The notes under the pieces are model-generated. The model was given only the letters and a program-made list of their open reading frames with translations, searched no databases and was not told where the DNA came from. DNA of 20,000 nt from an uncultured virus (IMG/VR IMGVR_UViG_3300025869_000012) (taxonomy: Duplodnaviria > Heunggongvirae > Uroviricota > Caudoviricetes), in IMG/VR virus record IMGVR_UViG_3300025869_000012, one strand, 5' to 3'. A program made the position numbers and the translations under genes. This document shows, piece after piece, positions 7,381-15,552 of the stretch. Positions within the stretch are counted from its first letter, which is position 1, and every line of letters starts with the position of its first letter.

Positions 7381-10300
7381 TTAGTTACAACCTCTACTAC
7401 AGCCACCACCGCCACCACTTGCTGTGAATGTTGATCTTGATGTGTTGAACGCTGTTACGAATACTGTAGTTGTATTTGTTGCTGTAGATCTTGTTGTATT
7501 AAACGTAGTTGTGGTATTATACGTGGTTGTTGTACTTCTTGATGTATTGTAAGCTGTAGTTGTGCTAAATGTAGTGGTTGTATTAAACACGGTTGTGGTG
7601 TTAAATGTGGTCGTTGTATTGTATGTGGTTGTAGTGTTAAATGTTGTTTCAGTAGTTCTATTTGTTGATGTATCTCTATTAGTAGAAACAATTGTCACAA
7701 ACGCGGTGTAATGAGACTTGGATCTACCAACGGTTGTCGTAGCGGTAGTAGTACTAGTGTTATATGTTGTACTAGTACTTCTAGATTCTGTTGTATTTCT
7801 ACTAGTTGCTGTAGCTCTATTAGTAGATCTTATATGTGATGAATATGTAGTTGTAAACTGAGTTGTTGTATCAAACGTGGTAGTCGTATTTCTATTTGTA
7901 CTATATGTGGTAGTGGTACCAAACGTTGTAGTGGTACTAGTATTGAAAGTAGTTGTAGTAGCTCTATTGGTTGCCCGTATGTGTGATGCGTATGTAGTTG
8001 TGGTATTAAATGTAGTAGTGGTAGTAAATACAGTATTTGTAGTTCTACTAGTTGCCGTAGATCTATTAGTAGATCTTATAAGCGATGAATATTGCGTTAC
8101 AAAAGTTGTAGTTGTACTAAACGTAGTGGTAGTACTAGTATTAAATGTTGTTGTGGTATCTCTATTTGTTGATATAGTAGTACTCTTGCTCGTGTTATAT
8201 GTGGTTGTTGTGTTAAAAGTGGTTGTTGTGTTAAAAGTAGTTGTCGTAGCTCTATTTGTACTGATTGTTGTACTAGTACTAGTATTAAATGTAGTAGTTG
8301 TTGATCTACTTGTTGCTGTAGATTTACTTGTAGCTGTACTTCTAGTAGTCTGTGTGTTTGTGCTAGTATTGAATGTGGTTGTAGTTGATTTACTAGTTTG
8401 TGTCGTTGTGCTAGTATTAAACGTAGTTGTCGTGGCTCTATTTGTACTGATTGTTGTACTAGTACTGGTGTTAAACGTGGTGGTCGTTGATCTACTTGTT
8501 GCTGTACTTTTGCTTGTAGCTGTACTTCTAGTGGTCTGTGTATTTGTACTGGTGTTAAAAGTAGTTGTGGTTGACCTACTAGTTTGCGTAGTTGTACTAG
8601 TGTTAAACGTAGTGGTAGTTGATTTACTTGTTTGCGTTGTGGTGCTAGTGTTAAATGTAGTTGTAGTAGCTCTATTAGTACTAGTACTAAACGTAGTTGT
8701 TGTAGACGTGTTAAACGTAGTTGTGGTACTTGTAGAAGTATTAAACGTAGTAGTTGTAGCTCTATTAGTTGAATACGTAGTAGTAGTATTAAACGTTGTC
8801 GTAGTAGATGTATTAAAAGTAGTAGTAGTATTTGTACTTGTATTATACGTTGTAGTCGTATTTCTATTTGTACTATATGTGGTAGTGGTACCAAAAGTTG
8901 TAGTGGTACTAGTGTTGAAAGTAGTTGTGGTAGCTCTATTTGTTGAGTACGTAGTTGTGGTATTGAATGTTGTAGTGGTAGACGTATTAAATGTTGTTGT
9001 AGTACTCTTACTCGTATTAAAAGTGGTAGTTGTATCTACATTAGTAGAATATGTAGTGGTAGTACCAAACGTGGTAGTAGTACTTGTATTAAATACAGTT
9101 GTAGTAGATTTACTTGTTTCATATGTAGTAGTTGTAGCCCTGTTAGTAGATATGGTAGTTGTCCTGTTTGTAGATGTAGACGTACTAGTATTAAATGTAG
9201 TGGTAGTTGCCCTATTAGTACTTATAGTTGTAGTTCTACTAGTTTGAGTTGTTGTTGAAGTATTAAATGTGGTGGTTGTATTAGTACTTGTGTTATAAGT
9301 TGTTGTAGTGTTTCTATTTGTAGATATAGTTGTACTTCCAGCGGTGGTTGTATTAGTACTTGTATTAAACACAGTATTAGTAGACCTACTAGTTGATACC
9401 ACCGTATTAGTAGCTCTGTTAGTTGATATAGTTGTAGTTCTACTTGTAGATGTTGACCTATCAGTTTCGTAAGTAGTGGTGGTTGCTCTATTAGTACTTA
9501 TTGTAGTTACTCTACTTGTAGCTGTGGCAGTAGAAGTATTAAATGTAGTTGTGGTTGCTCGGTTAGTAGATACTACAGTATTAGTAGCTATATTAGTTTC
9601 GTATGTAGTTGTATATGCTGTAATCGTATTAGTGCTAGTGTTAAACACTGTAACAGTATCCGTACTAGTATTAAATACAGTATTAGTTGCTCTATTAGTA
9701 CTAACAACTGTACTTGTTGACTTTTGTGTAACCGTACTTGTATTAAACACTGTGTTTGTGGTGGTTGATGTGTTAAACGTTGTGGTAGTGCTTGTTGATG
9801 TGTTGTACGTAGTGGTAGTTGCTCTGTTGGTAGCTATTGTAGTCGTAAATACAGTTGTAGTACTAGTTGATGTGTTGAATGTTGTTGTAGTATCTATATT
9901 GGTACTATACTCAGTAGATGTTGATCTATTGGTTACAACAACAGTATTGGTAGCTCTATTAGTAGAGTATGTTGTGGTAGTATTTCTATTAGTTGATACC
10001 ACCGTGCTTGTTGTCTTCTGTGTTACAGTAGACGTATTGAAAACAGTATTAGTAGTTCTAGTTGTTTCAAATATCGTTGTTCTACTAGTTTCATATGCTG
10101 TTTCAAAAACAGTATTAGTGGTTATGTTAGTAGAGAAAGTCGTAGTAAAGTTTGTTGTAGTATTAGTAGATGTATTAAATGTAGTAGTGGTAGATGTGCT
10201 AGTGTTGAAAGTTGTGGTAAACGTAGTGGTAGTATTGAAAACTGTACTAGTATCTATATTAGTCGAGTATGCAGTATTAGTAGTTCTGTTAGTACTAACT

Positions 10301-10530
10301 ACTGTATTGGTTGATCTGTTTGTAGAAAGTGTTGTATTGAAAGCTGTCGTCGTGGATGTTGACGTATTAAAGGTTGTTGTAGTTGATGTAGACGTGTTGA
10401 ATGTGGTAGTTGTACTTGTAGATGTGTTGAATGTGGTTGTTGTAGAATACGCTGTCTGCGTCGTACGGTTTGTAGACGTGCTCCTCGAAGTTGAGGTACT
10501 TCTCTTAAATATTCTAAATAAATCCCACAT
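7381..10530 (-). CDS. Giant Thr-rich repeat protein A (1049 aa); probable virion fibre or surface protein
   Basis: Open frame built from the same modules as protein B, with a short N-terminal MWDLFRIFKR and a C-terminal SGGGGGCSRGCN. Lies directly downstream of a tail-fibre-like gene. Confidence 0.85.
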   Translation of the reverse strand: MWDLFRIFKRSTSTSRSTSTNRTTQTAYSTTTTFNTSTSTTTTFNTSTSTTTTFNTSTSTTTAFNTTLSTNRSTNTVVSTNRTTNTAYSTNIDTSTVFNTTTTFTTTFNTSTSTTTTFNTSTNTTTNFTTTFSTNITTNTVFETAYETSRTTIFETTRTTNTVFNTSTVTQKTTSTVVSTNRNTTTTYSTNRATNTVVVTNRSTSTEYSTNIDTTTTFNTSTSTTTVFTTTIATNRATTTTYNTSTSTTTTFNTSTTTNTVFNTSTVTQKSTSTVVSTNRATNTVFNTSTDTVTVFNTSTNTITAYTTTYETNIATNTVVSTNRATTTTFNTSTATATSRVTTISTNRATTTTYETDRSTSTSRTTTISTNRATNTVVSTSRSTNTVFNTSTNTTTAGSTTISTNRNTTTTYNTSTNTTTTFNTSTTTQTSRTTTISTNRATTTTFNTSTSTSTNRTTTISTNRATTTTYETSKSTTTVFNTSTTTTFGTTTTYSTNVDTTTTFNTSKSTTTTFNTSTTTTFNTTTTYSTNRATTTTFNTSTTTTFGTTTTYSTNRNTTTTYNTSTNTTTTFNTSTTTTFNTTTTYSTNRATTTTFNTSTSTTTTFNTSTTTTFSTSTNRATTTTFNTSTTTQTSKSTTTTFNTSTTTQTSRSTTTTFNTSTNTQTTRSTATSKSTATSRSTTTTFNTSTSTTISTNRATTTTFNTSTTTQTSKSTTTTFNTSTNTQTTRSTATSKSTATSRSTTTTFNTSTSTTISTNRATTTTFNTTTTFNTTTTYNTSKSTTISTNRDTTTTFNTSTTTTFSTTTTFVTQYSSLIRSTNRSTATSRTTNTVFTTTTTFNTTTTYASHIRATNRATTTTFNTSTTTTFGTTTTYSTNRNTTTTFDTTTQFTTTYSSHIRSTNRATATSRNTTESRSTSTTYNTSTTTATTTVGRSKSHYTAFVTIVSTNRDTSTNRTTETTFNTTTTYNTTTTFNTTTVFNTTTTFSTTTAYNTSRSTTTTYNTTTTFNTTRSTATNTTTVFVTAFNTSRSTFTASGGGGGCSRGCN
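8245..8616 (-). repeat. Internal ~186-nt (62-codon) tandem duplication in protein A
   Basis: cgtagctctatttgtactgattgttgtactagtact at 8245 recurs as cgtggctctatttgtactgattgttgtactagtact at 8431. The protein units (QTTRSTATSKSTATSRSTTTTFNTSTSTTISTNRAT) are near-identical with many synonymous differences. Confidence 0.8.
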
Positions 10531-10538
10531 ATACTACA

Positions 10539-11180
10539 TTATGAAAAATCACCAACAAAATTGACTAATGCTTGAGTTGATGATATCACAACGTATGATA
10601 TTACTGACGTGTCGTTTGCTCCTGTAGCAAAATTTACACTAGCACCCGCTGGTGTTAGCATGTTACTTGGTAAAGCTGCCATAGCAAAATCTGCCCCTAT
10701 ACTTGAAGGGTTTTTAAGTATTATAACACCAGATTGTCCAACGTTTTCACTGGCTATTGTCATAACTAATGAGTTTGAATTATCTACTAAGTTAACTACA
10801 AAGTTATCGTTTGCTGTTAAATTTATCGTTGATACACCACTACTAGGCGTTACTGTTGTTATTGTTCTTCTTAAATTTTGAGTTACTTTTATACTACCTG
10901 TTACATCAAAATCACTACTTACTGTTCCTGAACCTGTCAGAGCTAATGTGCTACCATCAAATGTTAAATTAGCCTCGCCGTTTAAACTGTCGGCATCAGA
11001 TGTTGTTATTATCCTATTATCAGCGCCATTAGCAATATCTACATTACTATAATTTGCTTTTGTAAAATTACCAAGTTGTGCTAGCGTAAAGTTTTTAGTT
11101 GAACCTGATACATCTGTACCTATCAACTTATCACCGTCTGTTAAACTTGTGTCTGCTGCTATTCTACTAATTCTAGGCAT
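10539..11180 (-). CDS. Tail-fibre-like structural protein
   Basis: Likely start at ATG 11180 (MPRISRIAAD...). Contains DGDKLIGTD and DNRIITTSDADSLNGEANLTFDGSTL, segments I associate with marine phage tail fibres, and a beta-rich C-terminus. Confidence 0.7.
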   Translation of the reverse strand: MPRISRIAADTSLTDGDKLIGTDVSGSTKNFTLAQLGNFTKANYSNVDIANGADNRIITTSDADSLNGEANLTFDGSTLALTGSGTVSSDFDVTGSIKVTQNLRRTITTVTPSSGVSTINLTANDNFVVNLVDNSNSLVMTIASENVGQSGVIILKNPSSIGADFAMAALPSNMLTPAGASVNFATGANDTSVISYVVISSTQALVNFVGDFS

Positions 11181-11184
11181 ACTA

Positions 11185-11583
11185 CTATTTTTTATTAAAC
11201 TTCTCGAAACTTCGACCGCCAAAATAGGCACCGATTACAGTTATCAATACTAACTGTAGCAAGTCCGTCCATTTTTGTTCTACGTTAAAATTAACTGATC
11301 CACTATCCACAAATACCATAAGGACAGTTGATACAATAAGGAAAACTAGCACAAGGGGTCTTACCGATCTTGTTAGCCAGTTGCCGTGTTCTAAATCTGC
11401 TTTCCATCTTTCTGTTACGTTTTTCTGCATTGCAGCTTCAGCGTCAATCAAGACTTTAGTCATCTCTTTTTCAAACGCTTGCTTCTCTGCACCTGTTGTT
11501 ATAAACCTATCAGCAACGCCAGCTATTTTATCTATAAAGCTACCAGCTGCGCCACCGAATAATTTTCCTAATATCTTACTCAT
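11185..11583 (-). CDS. 3TM holin (GTA_holin_3TM-like)
   Basis: N-terminal amphipathic segment, then RWKAD...WLTRSVRPL followed by two hydrophobic helices and a C-terminal GAYFGGRSFEK, typical of this family. Confidence 0.8.
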   Translation of the reverse strand: MSKILGKLFGGAAGSFIDKIAGVADRFITTGAEKQAFEKEMTKVLIDAEAAMQKNVTERWKADLEHGNWLTRSVRPLVLVFLIVSTVLMVFVDSGSVNFNVEQKWTDLLQLVLITVIGAYFGGRSFEKFNKK

Positions 11584-11589
11584 GTTTTA

Positions 11590-11991
11590 TTATTGATCAG
11601 TTCCTATAACCATCCACTCTACTATTGGATCCGTGCCATTGGGATTATATGCTTTTAATGTTTTATCGCCATGCATTGGAATAAAAGTAAAATCTCCACC
11701 AGCTAATTGTATTAATATAGGATCACCACTTGAAGTATCATCATATATGTATATTTTATTTGCAGCTGTAGCACTTGTGTTTTTTACAAATAAATACGCA
11801 ATAGCTGCATAATCATCTCCTGTATATAGAGTAACCTGACCACTAGCAGTTCCTTTAGCAGTTGACTTAACAACGGCTCTAGCTAAACCTGTTGTGTGAG
11901 ATGCTGTGATGGTGGTAGTAGTTGTTAAACTTAATGCGTCAGTTAAAAGATCTGAGCTTGATATTGTTAATGTTGGTATTATTGTTGCCAT
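11590..11991 (-). CDS. Hypothetical beta-rich protein, probably structural
   Basis: 133-aa Thr/Ala/Gly-rich ORF (YLFVKNT...LAGGDFTFIP) in the late operon. Confidence 0.7.
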   Translation of the reverse strand: MATIIPTLTISSSDLLTDALSLTTTTTITASHTTGLARAVVKSTAKGTASGQVTLYTGDDYAAIAYLFVKNTSATAANKIYIYDDTSSGDPILIQLAGGDFTFIPMHGDKTLKAYNPNGTDPIVEWMVIGTDQ

Positions 11992-11993
11992 AA

Positions 11994-12356
11994 TTATTTA
12001 TATTTTTTACTATTTACGTTGTATGCTTCTTTTTCCCATGGTAAATTTTTATTACGTGTATCTATGTATCTCATAGGTATAACATGTTTCCTGCCATGCT
12101 CCTTATCTTTCCAGTAATAATTGTTATCATCAAACCAAAGCTTACCACTATTAATTTGCTTTACATGAACTTTTTCATGCTTAATAGCTTCATTCTGCGC
12201 TTTAGCCGGAGCTTTTCTATTTACCCATATTGTTTTGTCTTGATCTGTATAACCAAGTACTTGTTTTGGTAATGTTGCGTAACGTATTAATTGACCCTCC
12301 TTTGATGCAGGATGGTGATCTAATACCTCATTTTTGCTTTTCATTTTAAATGCCAT
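11994..12356 (-). CDS. Putative zincin-like metallopeptidase (HExxH)
   Basis: VLGYT...TIWVN...AIKHEKVHVKQ plus a downstream LPWEKEAY that could supply the third zinc ligand. Confidence 0.7.
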   Translation of the reverse strand: MAFKMKSKNEVLDHHPASKEGQLIRYATLPKQVLGYTDQDKTIWVNRKAPAKAQNEAIKHEKVHVKQINSGKLWFDDNNYYWKDKEHGRKHVIPMRYIDTRNKNLPWEKEAYNVNSKKYK

Positions 12357-12796
12357 TACCTATCTTTATCTTTAATCATATCATCTATAGCTTTATTATA
12401 AACTTTATCTGTATATGATTTGTTATTATAGAATATATTTCTATCTGATATTGGTAAGTCTTCTTCACCTAATAATATTCTATATATTCTGCTTATTATT
12501 TGTGAGCATTTAAATGATGTCTTGAAAATGCTGTATTTAATTGTAGTTCTGTTGCGGTGTCGCCATACTTCTATCCAACCTGCTTCGCGTAAACGCTCCC
12601 AACGTTGTTTATCCCAGGAGTATGTATATGTTCCGTTTATAAAATCATCTCGTGTAAATCTTCCTTTACAATCAAGATATATAAGTAATTCTAAATCCGC
12701 GTCTTTTAAATCATAAGTTTTACAGGCCCATTTTCTTACGAGCCTGTAATACTTAAGAATTTTCAGTTCGCGAATATCGCTAGCCGATAACCTCAT
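12356..12796 (-). CDS. Hypothetical protein, possible winged helix-turn-helix (MarR-like)
   Basis: LKDADLELLIYL...FTRDDF...WERLREAGWIEVWR resembles a wHTH pattern. Coupled to its neighbours by overlapping stop and start codons. Confidence 0.6.
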   Translation of the reverse strand: MRLSASDIRELKILKYYRLVRKWACKTYDLKDADLELLIYLDCKGRFTRDDFINGTYTYSWDKQRWERLREAGWIEVWRHRNRTTIKYSIFKTSFKCSQIISRIYRILLGEEDLPISDRNIFYNNKSYTDKVYNKAIDDMIKDKDR

Positions 12797-13152
12797 TAAG
12801 AAGCATCAACTACTGCGATAGATGCGCATGCTGTAACGTGTGCACTAGCGTAAACGCTATTCACTTCGTCAGCTACTGTCACAAATGGGTCACCATTAGG
12901 GTGAGCATTTATTGCAGAAACGATGTCCTGTAAAGCTTCCTTGTATTTTCCAGAAGCAATAGTAAGAACAACGTGAGCTGCATCAACACCTGAGGTCCCT
13001 TGATTTTCTTGAGTTGACTCAAAGTAAACTCTCATTGAAGTTGCAGATGCCATCTCAAAGTGTGAAATTTGAGCTACAGGAAATAAAACTACTTCCTCAT
13101 CACTTGCTGTTCCTTCAGGAGCTGCAGATGCGAAATATAAAAATTTATCCAT
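12796..13152 (-). CDS. Hypothetical protein, possibly structural
   Basis: 118-aa ORF, acidic and Ala-rich, in operon context. Confidence 0.7.
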   Translation of the reverse strand: MDKFLYFASAAPEGTASDEEVVLFPVAQISHFEMASATSMRVYFESTQENQGTSGVDAAHVVLTIASGKYKEALQDIVSAINAHPNGDPFVTVADEVNSVYASAHVTACASIAVVDAS

Positions 13153-13213
13153 TTTCTTATATTTTAATTGTTAAACATATTCAGTATAGAGTTTATAGTG
13201 TAAGGATTACGGT

Positions 13214-13471
13214 CTAGTCTATTAACACTACATCACCAACTTTGATGATATAGTATAATATATCTTTATGTTGTATGCTGTGTCCAGCGTGTTTATCATA
13301 ATGCACCACATCGCCCTCGCTTACGCCTTCAACGAGGTTACCTATACTAATAACCTCAGCCTTTACATACCTATTGTCACTGTCTACACTATCCATAATG
13401 TCTAGACCAGCAATTTTTTTAGGTTTTTCTTTTATGTTTTTAACTACTATATAATAACTAACGGCTTTCAT
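13214..13471 (-). CDS. groES: Co-chaperonin GroES (Cpn10)
   Basis: YIVVK...KKIAGLDI...AEVISIGNLVEGVSEGDVVHYDKHAG...YYIIKVGDVV matches the Cpn10 pattern. Overlaps the groEL 3' end. Confidence 0.9.
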   Translation of the reverse strand: MKAVSYYIVVKNIKEKPKKIAGLDIMDSVDSDNRYVKAEVISIGNLVEGVSEGDVVHYDKHAGHSIQHKDILYYIIKVGDVVLID

Positions 13472-15032
13472 TTGGATTCAGTCTAATATTACTTACAATA
13501 CAATCAGCCGACGTTATAGTAGTCGCAACACTCACCGCATTTTTTAATGCAGTCTTTGTAACTAAGACGGGGTCTACGATTCCAGCTTTGATCATTTCAA
13601 CACTATTACCCGAGATAACATCAAAACCAACGCCAGTGTTGGTAGGCGTTTCGTAGTTTTCAATACCAGCATTATTCATTATAGTGATAAAAGGTGATTT
13701 AATCGACTTCGCTAGTATTTTCTCCCCAATATTGTTACTTTTTTCAAGCTCTTGCGCAGCGTTAAGTAGCGCTATACCACCACCTGCAACAATACCTTCA
13801 CGTAAAGCTGCTTTAGTAGCGTAAATAGCATCCTCAACCCTGTCCTTCTTTTCTTTCAATTCAACCTTTGATACAGCACCAACGCGTATCATACCAACCG
13901 AACCGCTTAACATGCTCAGTCTTTGTTGTAAATGCTTCTTTAGAAACGGATCTTTCTCTTTTTCAATGAGCTTTTCCACTTCTTTTATTCTTTCCTGTAT
14001 TACCTTAGTGTCTTTATTAACAGTTAACACAGTTTTTTCACCGTCTGTTACGCTTTTTAGCGCAGAACCAAGCACATCTGGCTGTATTAGGTCTAAATCA
14101 TCGCCTAATTCTTCATTTATTACCTTTGCACCGGTTAAAATTGACAAATCTTCAAGCGTTCCTTGCCTTGTAGACATAAAACCAGGTAAATCTATGATGT
14201 TTACGTCTATATTGCCCTTAATCTTGTTCATTAAAAGCGCAGATTTTGCTTTTTCGTCAATTTGTGCCATAATTAGCAGTGATTGCCTGCTTTGAATCAC
14301 ATGCTCTAGCACGTTTTGTATCTTTCTAAGGCTAGGTATGTTACAATTTACAATTAAAATAGCAGGGTTATCAAGTTCTGCTACACCTTTGTCCTTATTT
14401 GTAGTAAAATGTGGTGATGTTAGGCCAGCTTCAAACTGTACGCCATCAACTATTTCAGCAAAAGTCTTTTCAGATTCAGACTCTTCCATCATTACTACAC
14501 CATTTTTACCTACTTCTTTGTAAGCTTGTGATATAATTTTTCCAATTTGCCTATCGTTGTTGCAACTAATACTGCTAACGTGCTCCAAAAGATCACCTTC
14601 AACCTCAACACTTTCTCTTTCAAGATATTTATTAACTTTATCCAAGCCTGTATAAATACCGTCTTTAATTTCACGTATAGTTTTGTTAGATAATTCTTCA
14701 TTTATGTTTTTTAGTAAAGCTTCGGTTAAAACTATTGATGTGGTTGTACCATCACCTGCTTCCGCTACTGTTTTGGCCGATGCTTGTTTTACGAGTCTTG
14801 CTCCTATATTCTCCACGGGATCAAGCAGGACAACTGATTCTGCTACAGTTACACCGTCCTTTGTGATCACTGGAGAGCCTAAAGCGTCTTCGTATATTAC
14901 ACACATACCTGAGGCACCCAGGGTGGACTTCACTGCTGCAGCTAGTTTATCCACACCTGCTAATACCTTTTCTCTGGCTTTATCGCCAAAATTAAGATCT
15001 TTAACGATCTCACTAGGGTTATTATATTCCAT
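13458..15032 (-). CDS. groEL: Chaperonin GroEL (Cpn60), phage-encoded
   Basis: AVKSTLG, ITKDGVTVA, AGDGTTTS, ELKEKKDRVEDAIYATKAALREGIVAGGG and GIVDPVLVTKTALKNAVSVA. No GGM tail. Confidence 0.97.
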   Translation of the reverse strand: MEYNNPSEIVKDLNFGDKAREKVLAGVDKLAAAVKSTLGASGMCVIYEDALGSPVITKDGVTVAESVVLLDPVENIGARLVKQASAKTVAEAGDGTTTSIVLTEALLKNINEELSNKTIREIKDGIYTGLDKVNKYLERESVEVEGDLLEHVSSISCNNDRQIGKIISQAYKEVGKNGVVMMEESESEKTFAEIVDGVQFEAGLTSPHFTTNKDKGVAELDNPAILIVNCNIPSLRKIQNVLEHVIQSRQSLLIMAQIDEKAKSALLMNKIKGNIDVNIIDLPGFMSTRQGTLEDLSILTGAKVINEELGDDLDLIQPDVLGSALKSVTDGEKTVLTVNKDTKVIQERIKEVEKLIEKEKDPFLKKHLQQRLSMLSGSVGMIRVGAVSKVELKEKKDRVEDAIYATKAALREGIVAGGGIALLNAAQELEKSNNIGEKILAKSIKSPFITIMNNAGIENYETPTNTGVGFDVISGNSVEMIKAGIVDPVLVTKTALKNAVSVATTITSADCIVSNIRLNPNESR

Positions 15033-15052
15033 TAAATTAAATTTATTAGTTA

Positions 15053-15394
15053 TTATTTAAAAGTTTTTACGACTTTAGGTCCTTTTACGAACTCTAACTT
15101 TTTGCCGTAATGTTCAACGCTACCATCAATTGCTGCTTCAGCAGACTCTAATGTTTCACGTCTAGTGACATCGTACCAAGTGTCGCAATTACAGTCGTCT
15201 CCTTTACAACCGCAATTTTGAGGGTCTCTGTACTCGGTCTGGTAGTATCCATTGGGTAATTGAACTATCCTCCAGTTTTTCTTATCTGAAAGATGTTTCC
15301 AAAGATCAATAGTTTCCTCTTCAGAGTTTGTCATTTGTTTATATTGTGGTTGACCATTCCACGTCTTTGTGGTCTTATAATAAAAGTATGTCAT
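15053..15394 (-). CDS. Hypothetical phage protein
   Basis: Likely start at ATG 15394 (MTYFYYK). Contains NWRIVQLPNGYYQTE and a Cys-rich patch CGCKGDDCNC. Confidence 0.7.
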   Translation of the reverse strand: MTYFYYKTTKTWNGQPQYKQMTNSEEETIDLWKHLSDKKNWRIVQLPNGYYQTEYRDPQNCGCKGDDCNCDTWYDVTRRETLESAEAAIDGSVEHYGKKLEFVKGPKVVKTFK

Positions 15395-15436
15395 TGTTTT
15401 AAGTTTAAATTGGTTTAACATGGTGTACTTCTACAC

Positions 15437-15535
15437 TTATTTCTTTTTACGTTTTTTACCCATCATAGGTTTTTTACCCATTGTAGGTTTCTTAGCCATT
15501 TTAGGCTTCATCATTTTACTTTTTTTCTTCATCAT
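15437..15535 (-). CDS. 32-aa Lys/Met-rich basic peptide
   Basis: Below the ORF-track cutoff. Manual translation gives MMKKKSKMMKPKMAKKPTMGKKPMMGKKRKKK*. Fills the gap between two operon genes and has an A-rich upstream region. Confidence 0.7.
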   Translation of the reverse strand: MMKKKSKMMKPKMAKKPTMGKKPMMGKKRKKK

Positions 15536-15552
15536 TGTTTTATAGTTTAAAG

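Noticed and set aside
2871..8894. Leu/Gln-rich minus-strand ORFs in alternative frames (2871-3158, 3714-4085, 4515-5033, 5901-6128, 7455-7691, 8097-8894)
   Set aside because: Frame-shifted readings of the same Thr repeats (CTN/CAN codons), nested within the long real ORFs.
2755..10530. CRISPR array, DGR template/variable repeats or a DNA satellite as the explanation for the repetitive region
   Set aside because: No identical direct repeats with unique spacers, no reverse transcriptase, and no adenine-specific pair of repeats seen. The repetition is at amino-acid level with varied codons.
2999..10564. Long Val-rich plus-strand ORFs (2999-3529, 3611-4813, 4835-5404, 7877-9247, 9476-10564)
   Set aside because: Antisense shadows of the Thr-codon repeats, whose reverse complement reads as GTN Val codons. 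They are broken by stops, lack start context and oppose the operon direction.
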